Source: an uncultured virus (IMG/VR IMGVR_UViG_3300030099_006786) (Duplodnaviria > Heunggongvirae > Uroviricota > Caudoviricetes). Taken from it: a stretch of DNA of 64,000 nt. Numbering within the stretch: position 1 is the stretch's first letter; each line of letters begins with the position of its first letter. The notes below the pieces were generated by a model. That model made no database searches. It saw only the letters and a program-made list of their open reading frames with translations, and was not told the origin of the DNA. The DNA lies in the IMG/VR virus record IMGVR_UViG_3300030099_006786. One strand, 5' to 3'. Positions 56,372 to 64,000 of this stretch are shown one piece after another. A program made the translations under genes and the position numbers.

Positions 56372-57562
56372 TTACACATCCAATTTTAATTTAAATATAT
56401 AATCTCTATCTTCTAATTTTCTCATAGGTTTGGACAAATGTGTAATGGCAATTAAGTTTTTCTCATCGTCATATATACCAATTTTTGTGATGTAAGTTTC
56501 TTTTTGAAATGTACCAGTGGGGTCGACATAGCTTGTACTAACTATGTTTTTAATATCTATTGTAGAATCCTCAATATAAGAAAACGAACTAGTATTAACT
56601 TTCGCTGTTTGGCCGTGTTTATAGAAAGTTAAATTATTGGAATGATTTAATTCTTGTTTTTTAGCTTTTGCAAAATACGTCATTGTAGAAACATAATTTG
56701 TTCCCTCAAAATCAATTGAATAAGCTGCTTCTTCCATAGTTGAATCCATAGTAAAACCATCATCAGTCATGGTAGTGCCCCAATACAGCCAAGAAGAAGT
56801 CACATAGTCTGGTGCCGAGGCTTGATTAAGATAGTCTCTAGAGCCTGTTTCTAAGGCCCATGAGCCAGTTAGAACTATAACACCCTGATCATACAACACA
56901 ACACCAGCACAAGCGCCTGAACCGTTAGCTTGGGCGTATGTGGTACCGGATACTTGTATCAATTCACCATTTCTTTTTGAATCTTGTAATTCAGCAACAA
57001 CAGTTCCTGTTATATAATACTTTAAAGTAACTGAGCCTTTTTTGATGGATGAGCCATAAAAGATTGAAGGTACAGAAATTAAATTTACATCGGAGGTAAT
57101 TTTATTTCCAAACACGCCAGACATTGCAAACCTAGGTGATAGTTGAGTATATGCACCCATTGATGTTCGAATGGCTCTGAGTCGCCTACGTTTAGCGCCA
57201 GCATCATTAACAAACGTTCTACTTAAGCTGGCTGATAGCCTGTAGGAGCCTGTTATTTTATCGCCATATCCAAACTGTGAATTAAAATTAGAAGTAGAAA
57301 CCGTTTTAAATGCGCCGATGGTTCCGTCTTTGGTTATAAACGGATGGATATATTTGTTAGTTGTACCATTACGATCAATGTTTAATTCATACAAACTAGC
57401 AAAGCCGCGTGGGACAGATCTTTCAGTAGCAGAAAAACTACCACTAGTTTCTTTACTTTGTAAATAATAGACTGTTCCACTATGAATAAAGAAATTACTT
57501 TTAGGGTGAGTTTTTACCCTATTGTAAAATATGTCCTCTTCTTTAAACTTGAAGTAGGACAT
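56372..57562 (-). CDS. Putative virion (baseplate/collar-like) protein
   Basis: C-terminal YITKIGIYDDEKNLIAITHLSKPMRK...FKLKLD; paralogous to the next gene. Confidence 0.55.
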   Translation of the reverse strand: MSYFKFKEEDIFYNRVKTHPKSNFFIHSGTVYYLQSKETSGSFSATERSVPRGFASLYELNIDRNGTTNKYIHPFITKDGTIGAFKTVSTSNFNSQFGYGDKITGSYRLSASLSRTFVNDAGAKRRRLRAIRTSMGAYTQLSPRFAMSGVFGNKITSDVNLISVPSIFYGSSIKKGSVTLKYYITGTVVAELQDSKRNGELIQVSGTTYAQANGSGACAGVVLYDQGVIVLTGSWALETGSRDYLNQASAPDYVTSSWLYWGTTMTDDGFTMDSTMEEAAYSIDFEGTNYVSTMTYFAKAKKQELNHSNNLTFYKHGQTAKVNTSSFSYIEDSTIDIKNIVSTSYVDPTGTFQKETYITKIGIYDDEKNLIAITHLSKPMRKLEDRDYIFKLKLDV

Positions 57563-57563
57563 G

Positions 57564-58709
57564 TTAGTAATCCAATCTTACCCTCAACGTGAGTTCATTG
57601 GTGGGATCTTTCTTAAGAGGTTCAGACACCTTAGCGGTGGCAAGCAATTCATTATCGACCGAATAAAGCCCAACAGTTGTAACATAGGCAACCGGGGCAT
57701 CAGATGAATTTTGTTTCACTCTTAATTTACTCGAAGAAAGATACGTTAAGTTAGATGAATAATTGAACTCATTGTGAGCAAGTCTACAGAAATAAACAGT
57801 TGAATTTAATTCTGTTGTGTTGTTAAATTGTAGGTTGAATATTCTATGCCTAAAACCATTAGCAAAGGCATCCATAGTAGAACCAGTTAGTACATCTCTC
57901 GAAGATGTTTGAGAGGGAACCGTTGCTGGTGTCATACCCGGAACAATTGCTATTGATTTACTTAAGAAACCTTGACCAAACGTTCCAACAGCGGCTTCTG
58001 CGTTACGCTGATCAAAAATACTAGCGGTTAAAACTGCGACACCTGCTTGATAATATAACAGTCCACAAGGAAAGCCTTTAGCTGGTGGAACACCAGCAAC
58101 AGCAAACCCAGTACTAAAATAATCTTTCATATATAACACAGCGTATTCGCCGGCTGGGGAGTTAACTCGAAAATCATTTTGAGCGTTAGCGTCATAAATT
58201 TGAACCAAAGATGCCTCATCAAATGGATCTGTTGAGCCATAATTTCCAGAATTCATTCCCATAATAAGATTGAATGTGCCTTTTTTAATTTCATCTTTGG
58301 TAATCAAACGTGCAAAATTTAAGAAAATACACGTTTCAAGTTTTTGACCACCGGCTGCGATATTACCATCAGCGTCAAATTGTAATATAGAGCCAGTTGC
58401 ATCATGGCCTGCAAGTACTTGAGCCATTTGTGTATACATGTTAATTTTCTTTGCATTCTGAGTAGAAGCGGCCCCTGAAACAGATGACTTGGCAGAGTAT
58501 CCAACAGATATATCAAAAATATGGTTGGCAGATGAACTTAGATATGGATAATCATATACTGCTTGAAATTGCCCGTGAGCAAAAGTTTTAATGTTTTCAT
58601 CATTATACGTGCCACTTACTATTGTACCTGTAATTGGAATTGCTTCATGAAGAAGTGTTTTGGTTGAGACAACATCGTTGTCAGTTAAATTCTTAAATGT
58701 GCTAGCCAT
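57564..58709 (-). CDS. Putative virion (baseplate/collar-like) protein
   Basis: EFNYSSN, C-terminal YVTTVGLYSVDNELLATAKVSEPLKK...LRVRLDY. Confidence 0.55.
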   Translation of the reverse strand: MASTFKNLTDNDVVSTKTLLHEAIPITGTIVSGTYNDENIKTFAHGQFQAVYDYPYLSSSANHIFDISVGYSAKSSVSGAASTQNAKKINMYTQMAQVLAGHDATGSILQFDADGNIAAGGQKLETCIFLNFARLITKDEIKKGTFNLIMGMNSGNYGSTDPFDEASLVQIYDANAQNDFRVNSPAGEYAVLYMKDYFSTGFAVAGVPPAKGFPCGLLYYQAGVAVLTASIFDQRNAEAAVGTFGQGFLSKSIAIVPGMTPATVPSQTSSRDVLTGSTMDAFANGFRHRIFNLQFNNTTELNSTVYFCRLAHNEFNYSSNLTYLSSSKLRVKQNSSDAPVAYVTTVGLYSVDNELLATAKVSEPLKKDPTNELTLRVRLDY

Positions 58710-58719
58710 TATTTAATCC

Positions 58720-59664
58720 TTAAATTTTCTTAATAAATCTTACTGGAATATCAATTCTATATCCAGTTGTTGCGCCGGTTACCTTAATAATAGTGTCAAT
58801 AAACCTAACACTAACAGAGACACCGCTGATAGTAACAGTTGTAGTGCTACCAAGTTTTGTAAACAAATATGTACTTGTGTTTAAATCCAAGCTTGATTGG
58901 ACCCTAAAATTCAATATTGTTCCTTTTGGCCCCTGAATAACTTCAGTGCTAGGGTTTGTGCCAGCACTTGAAACCTCGCCGGCCTTCGGATTAATCTTTA
59001 CAAATCCAGAATCTGTATTTTCTGATAAAAAGTAAGTCGCTATGTTATCATCGTCAATAAAGGAGATTGGGCCTCTATTACCATTAATATCAACTACGAA
59101 ACCAAAACGATTATCCATTTCAATAATATATTGGGTTTCAAGAAGTTCGGAATCAATTGTGGAAGCTGGGCTAAGTTCACTGGTGTTTAAGCCTTGATCA
59201 ACTCTAATAAAATTACCATCTAGTGTTTCGCCGCGGAGCACGCCTGCCACTGGTCGACCTTGAGTATCATTCGCCGTATTCTCTTCTGTGGACTGATCTA
59301 CAGCAACTAGAAAAATATTATTGTTTGGTGCTGTTTGAAACGTTTGTGACGCCACATCTTTTTCATTCAATAATATAACAGGAAGATACAATAAATTAGT
59401 TCTAGGGATCGTAATAAGTTTCGATCTCATCGAAGCAGCATTGTCTGTGAAAGCTTCAAGTATAGGAGTCTGTAAAATTTCTAAATCATAATACGCGGAA
59501 CCTGAAGCGTGTTGATTATTATAAAGACCGTAATCAATCTCATCATCGCCTAAGCCAAACTTAGCGATTCTAAAGGAGCCATCACCTTTTGCTAATCTAA
59601 AGCGGCCAGTGTCAGTCAACACGGCATCAAGAATAATGTCACCGGAATTATCTAAAAAACCCAT
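58720..59664 (-). CDS. Putative virion structural protein
   Basis: MGFLDNSGDIILDAVLTDTGR...KFGLGDDEIDYGLY...PILEA; late motif upstream. Confidence 0.55.
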   Translation of the reverse strand: MGFLDNSGDIILDAVLTDTGRFRLAKGDGSFRIAKFGLGDDEIDYGLYNNQHASGSAYYDLEILQTPILEAFTDNAASMRSKLITIPRTNLLYLPVILLNEKDVASQTFQTAPNNNIFLVAVDQSTEENTANDTQGRPVAGVLRGETLDGNFIRVDQGLNTSELSPASTIDSELLETQYIIEMDNRFGFVVDINGNRGPISFIDDDNIATYFLSENTDSGFVKINPKAGEVSSAGTNPSTEVIQGPKGTILNFRVQSSLDLNTSTYLFTKLGSTTTVTISGVSVSVRFIDTIIKVTGATTGYRIDIPVRFIKKI

Positions 59665-59696
59665 TTTTGTTTTACCTCACTATAAATAGTCTTTAA

Positions 59697-62210
59697 TTAT
59701 GTTTCTTCTTCTGTATATTTCAAATGCACATGTTCGCAAGTGAAATTAATATCAATTTTTTTACCAGTTAATTTTGAAGTTAATCTTAGTTTATAATTTT
59801 GACCCCAAACTTTTTCGTTTGCAGTTCCTAAATTAACCTTAAGATTCTTAGGATTATTTTGCTGTAAGTCCAAAGTTTCTTGTTGTATAAGTCTTTGTTG
59901 TAAATTTGGAACTATTTGTATAAATCTTCTCATAGTTTTTTCTTTGTCAACAATAATATCATCAGCAAACTCAATAACCCTTTGTTCTAAGTAGACGCCA
60001 CCTGATATGTTTACCAATTCAATTTCATAAACTGGAGATGGATAAGATATTTTCCCATGAACATCAACACTTCTAAAAGTATAATAGTATTTGCGATCAA
60101 ATTGTAGTGAATCTACAAAAGCAATTGCAGTTCCTTTAGTGTTGTTATCAGAAACTAGAGCTGTAGATATTTCTGCAATCTTTTTATCGAAAAAATCTTC
60201 GTAAGAAGTTGGTACAATATCTGTTCTAAAAATTTCATATTTGATTGGATTATCATCAGTTGTAAAGTGTATTGGTATGTCTGTATTTAATGGTAGATTT
60301 TTTGCTCTTTTAAATTCATTAAATTGCTCTTGTTCTTTTGGAGAAAATGGTATAGGCTTTTTAAACAATTCGCCTGAGTTGCTAGACATCATAATTTTTA
60401 CTTGATCCAAAGTTTCTCTTACATTAAAAATATCAATGTTAGGAGAGGTAGAAAACGAATCTACCATGCGACCAGTATAAGAAAGTATTGGCATTTTAAA
60501 AATTTTCAAAGACGGACTACAGGTTACTGTAAACTCTGCTAAATATCTACTATTTTGTTCAATTGGCAAATATGTTACCTTGCCATTTTTGCTTGTTAAT
60601 ACTTGTCGAGTATTAATTCTAGGTTTAACTGGCTTACTGGTTTTTTGATTATAAAGCTCAATACATTCATCAGCCACCTTAGTACTTAACGCTAAGTCGC
60701 TGTATTTATATTTTGTACATACAGCAAGACAAATGGCATTTACTTCATAAACGTATTGTTGATTATAAACCATTTGAGAATCAATTAAATCTAAATCTTT
60801 AACTGAATCTAAATTAGGAACAATGTACCTTTTAACAAAGTTGTCTGGTGAATTATTTCTTTTGTATTTAATAATTTCATATGCTACAGTATCAACTTTT
60901 GATTTATTAGGCTCAAAAATCATATTATAATCTTTCAAAAATACTTTGACGTAATTTCTTAATCTACCTAAAAATTCTATGGAATTTAAATTTCTGACTA
61001 ATGAATAATTATTATCAAAAGCTGTGCGATAAGACATACCTCTAAAATCAGTTAGATAAGTAGTTTCTGCATCTGGTGGATTTGGCTCAGATTCATATAC
61101 GGTATTCCACCAGTCTAGCAAGTTGAACGCAGGATATGTGTAAGAATTATACTCTACGTTTCTATTTAATTTTTCATTCTCTAATAATAAGTTTTCAATA
61201 CTGAAATCTATTAATTCACCTTTGCCGCTCATTGCAACGTCGTATAAATTTTCTTCCTTGGCAAAATCTAAAAAATCAATTAATAAATCTGATTCATCTA
61301 ATATCTCACTTATAACTGATGCATCATCAGTGGTCATTTTTAAATTTGTATACATTGGCATATAAAACTTGTCATCATTAGAGCTAAGAATTTTAAATAC
61401 TGAAGACTTGTCAAATAATATGTCTTTTTCTTGACGACCGGTGCCGATACGATTTGCAGGATTCATCCTGTTGAAACTTAGAATATTTGATTTTAAAAAC
61501 TTATCAAAATTTTTCTTTGAGCGATCAGGATCATTTTTGCCTTTATTAAAAGATTTAAGTGTTTTTTTGAATCTATTCTTTGCTTCCTTGTCGTTATTAA
61601 AAACAACATCAACAATAGGATTAAAATCCATTTCTTCTTCCGCAGATGCCCTTAAATACGATAATAAATTTAAATTTGGTAATGCATTATCTTCATCTGA
61701 CTGTTCTTCAATGTTCAAAGTAACATTTTCATAAATTCTATCGTAAAAATTATATTCAAAATTTACATGATATGAATCAACTTTACTGCTGTCTGCCATT
61801 CTTTCGCTAATCGTTTTTTCAATTGGCATAACATAATCAAAAGCATATTCATCATATTCAGCATCCATATCGACCAGTCCACCATAATTTTTAATTTCAT
61901 TACTTTCTGGACTAGAGTACGCCAAACCTTTTACAAATGCATGCCATTCTTCGTCATTTTCGAAAAACTTTTCTTTGCCAACAACTCGAATATGATTTGT
62001 TATAACAGGCATAACAGGATTATTATTTGTTCTTTTTTTAGAAATTATAACATTATCGACTTTTCTATGAAATTTTTGTTCAGCATCCATGTCTCTGGCA
62101 TAGGAATTGCTTTTATCTTTTATAGACCAAACTCTACCGTTAAGTTTTCTAAATTTATCTGAACTAGCATCCACTAAATTGTTTGCTAGAAAAAGTTTTT
62201 TATTTGGCAT
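59697..62210 (-). CDS. Large hypothetical protein with possible FN3-like beta-sandwich domains
   Basis: 837 aa; QQYVYEVNA, RKYYYTFRSVDVHGKISYPS. Confidence 0.6.
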   Translation of the reverse strand: MPNKKLFLANNLVDASSDKFRKLNGRVWSIKDKSNSYARDMDAEQKFHRKVDNVIISKKRTNNNPVMPVITNHIRVVGKEKFFENDEEWHAFVKGLAYSSPESNEIKNYGGLVDMDAEYDEYAFDYVMPIEKTISERMADSSKVDSYHVNFEYNFYDRIYENVTLNIEEQSDEDNALPNLNLLSYLRASAEEEMDFNPIVDVVFNNDKEAKNRFKKTLKSFNKGKNDPDRSKKNFDKFLKSNILSFNRMNPANRIGTGRQEKDILFDKSSVFKILSSNDDKFYMPMYTNLKMTTDDASVISEILDESDLLIDFLDFAKEENLYDVAMSGKGELIDFSIENLLLENEKLNRNVEYNSYTYPAFNLLDWWNTVYESEPNPPDAETTYLTDFRGMSYRTAFDNNYSLVRNLNSIEFLGRLRNYVKVFLKDYNMIFEPNKSKVDTVAYEIIKYKRNNSPDNFVKRYIVPNLDSVKDLDLIDSQMVYNQQYVYEVNAICLAVCTKYKYSDLALSTKVADECIELYNQKTSKPVKPRINTRQVLTSKNGKVTYLPIEQNSRYLAEFTVTCSPSLKIFKMPILSYTGRMVDSFSTSPNIDIFNVRETLDQVKIMMSSNSGELFKKPIPFSPKEQEQFNEFKRAKNLPLNTDIPIHFTTDDNPIKYEIFRTDIVPTSYEDFFDKKIAEISTALVSDNNTKGTAIAFVDSLQFDRKYYYTFRSVDVHGKISYPSPVYEIELVNISGGVYLEQRVIEFADDIIVDKEKTMRRFIQIVPNLQQRLIQQETLDLQQNNPKNLKVNLGTANEKVWGQNYKLRLTSKLTGKKIDINFTCEHVHLKYTEEET

Positions 62211-64000
62211 TAGTAACCTGAGCCTCCTGTTCCGCCACCGCCCGTGCTACCACCAGTACTACCTCCGCCGCCGACGTCATTATTTTGATTACGACGGATT
62301 CGACGTAATCTTGTGTTTCCAATTGGATCACGCGATTGTGTGATGTTTTCTTTTTCAACTAAGGGTTTTCCATTCATGTTTGCATAATCAAATTTACCAA
62401 ATTGAGGGCGAGCACCATCAGCTGGTTCATTAATTTTATTTTTTAATCTTTCTACTCTTCTAATTCTAGTTTGAGTTATAAGATTATTAGACATGTTTAT
62501 ATCTGATGTTCTGACATATTCTTTAGGAACAAGTTGTTGTTTGGTTGCATTACTAAGCATCGATGCTTTCATTTGTTTTTCTAAATTAGAGCTGGCGCCG
62601 AATTTTGCTTGATTGTTCATTTTCATCATATACGCATGTCTTTTGTCAAAATTTCTACTTATAGTAAATAATTTTTTGCTTCCTTCGATTGTTTCAGTTG
62701 CTTGAGTTGGGCCTTTTTTTGTAAAAAATGATCCGTCTTCTCTTCTATGAAAAGCTCCAACATATTCTGTTCCATCTTGCAAAAACAATTCACCGCCAGA
62801 AGTAAATCCGGGTTTGATTTTTTTGTTTTCTTTTCTAATTGCTGGCTTTGAACCAATCATAAAATTACTATTACAAATTTCTAAATCAAGTATTGTTGCC
62901 ATTGATATACCAAGGCCGGGAATTACGTATGGTTGTATTTTACACAATAAATTTCCATTTGTATTTTCAAACGCGGCAAAGTCCAAAGTTTTATATATAG
63001 GAGCATTTAGAAATAATCTGCCTGTATCCTTATCCCTCTCAAATCCAACTAAAGTTTTAACTTCGACTAAATCTAAATGTTTCATCATGTAGTAAGGTCT
63101 TGTTTGAGAAGATGCCAAAACATCTACATCTAAATCTTGCTCGTCAGTTCCACCTATTGATTTATTTTTTAATGCTAAGGCTTTTATGTGATTTGGAAGT
63201 TTTTGTATTTTACGGGCTGACATATTTAAATTGTCAAAAATATTATCGGGATTATTGAAATCATACGAAGCAAGAGATAAAGATTTTTGTGTTATAGTTT
63301 CAGAATCAGAACTATTTTTATTGAAAACATTAGAAACTCCGCCTCTCATTATTGCTTTTTTATTTGGTCTTATAAGACCGCTACCAGCAATTTGACCAAC
63401 TACTGCATTAGTTATTTGAGCCTGATTGGATTTTGCAATTTCCTTGATCCTTTGTTCATTTTTAACTCTAGAAATTGCTTTTAAAAATTTCACTTTTCGA
63501 AAGTTTTTATTAAGTTTCATATATTCGTCTGAATTAACTAAACCATCCTCTTTATTTTTTTCAGCAAATCTAGGAATTATATCAAGTTCAATGTCTTCAT
63601 TTGGATCATCTACCAGTGTAACGCCAAATTTAGACAACATGTTTTGTGAATTCATTGCCTCATTTTTCATTAAACTAGCTTGAAAACTAATTCCTTTTTG
63701 CATTGTTGGAGCAACAACTTGTCTAATATTTTTATCTTCACTTAAATTAATATTTGAAATTTCATTAAATAATGTTGAATAAATTTGCTTATCTGTCTTC
63801 TTAGCTGTTGAAGCTTTGGACATATTTACTTTAATATTGGGCGTTTTATAAAGTGTGGGACTTAAAAAACTTAATTTAGTTTGATTCAAATCAGTAACAG
63901 CAGCACTAAGTTCTTCCCTTTCAAATTGAGACGCATCAACTGCTTCTGAGTCAGGAAGTAAATCTTCTATTTGTTTATTTACTCTTGTTAAATATGCGTC
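62210..64000 (-). CDS. Large hypothetical protein, 5' end outside the window
   Basis: Frame stays open from 63889 to 64000 (DAYLTRVNKQIEDLL...). Contains FTSGGELFLQDGTEYVGAFH and a Gly-rich C-terminal tail. Confidence 0.65.
   Translation of the reverse strand, partial: DAYLTRVNKQIEDLLPDSEAVDASQFEREELSAAVTDLNQTKLSFLSPTLYKTPNIKVNMSKASTAKKTDKQIYSTLFNEISNINLSEDKNIRQVVAPTMQKGISFQASLMKNEAMNSQNMLSKFGVTLVDDPNEDIELDIIPRFAEKNKEDGLVNSDEYMKLNKNFRKVKFLKAISRVKNEQRIKEIAKSNQAQITNAVVGQIAGSGLIRPNKKAIMRGGVSNVFNKNSSDSETITQKSLSLASYDFNNPDNIFDNLNMSARKIQKLPNHIKALALKNKSIGGTDEQDLDVDVLASSQTRPYYMMKHLDLVEVKTLVGFERDKDTGRLFLNAPIYKTLDFAAFENTNGNLLCKIQPYVIPGLGISMATILDLEICNSNFMIGSKPAIRKENKKIKPGFTSGGELFLQDGTEYVGAFHRREDGSFFTKKGPTQATETIEGSKKLFTISRNFDKRHAYMMKMNNQAKFGASSNLEKQMKASMLSNATKQQLVPKEYVRTSDINMSNNLITQTRIRRVERLKNKINEPADGARPQFGKFDYANMNGKPLVEKENITQSRDPIGNTRLRRIRRNQNNDVGGGGSTGGSTGGGGTGGSGY

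Larger units (their letters stand above)
16436..59690 (-). promoter_or_regulatory. Recurrent putative late-promoter motif ACTA(T/C/A)TTA upstream of structural genes
   Basis: Plus-strand taaatagt/taagtagt/taattagt at 16436, 21297, 23967, 24357, 25182, 28351, 30325, 31507, 33123, 35113, 59683; variants (taattaga) at 3834 and 33924, and a copy at 501. Confidence 0.75.

Noticed and set aside
1..64000. CRISPR array, tRNA or rRNA genes
   Set aside because: No regularly spaced repeat-spacer units or cloverleaf-like sequences seen; intergenic gaps are short and explained by promoters and terminators (by eye only)
1..64000. Alternative genetic code (stop-codon reassignment)
   Set aside because: Core genes are full length in the standard code, and TAA, TAG and TGA all terminate genes at sensible positions

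Overview
Dense, almost entirely minus-strand 64 kb segment of a large (jumbo-type) contractile-tailed phage with T4-like head genes. The standard genetic code reads it without interruption. Left end (1-7.1 kb): replication and recombination genes (gp41/DnaB-like helicase N-terminus, 5'-3' exonuclease, RecA/UvsX, gp32-like SSB, a degenerate tubulin/FtsZ homologue, a compact family-A DNA polymerase). 8.4-42.3 kb: morphogenesis (baseplate, tape measure, tail chaperone pair with a candidate +1/-2 frameshift, tube, sheath, neck, major capsid, scaffold, five paralogous fibre/decoration proteins, ribosomal protein bS21, prohead protease, portal, large terminase). 42-56 kb: small proteins with shared N-terminal leader motifs, a holin/spanin-like trio, a second, intact tubulin/FtsZ GTPase, a ParB-like protein, a fused SbcD-SbcC, primase, a VOC protein and RuvC. 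56-64 kb: more virion-type genes. Two promoter classes are visible: sigma70-like TTGACA-N16/17-TATAAT before replication genes, and an ACTA(T/C/A)TTA motif before structural genes. Main leads are the two very different tubulin homologues, a family of putative capsid-targeted cargo proteins, a pervasive (S/T)-G-(S/T) signature in exterior virion proteins, bS21, and an unannotated CC-containing micropeptide. All family assignments come from motif recognition by eye; no searches were run.
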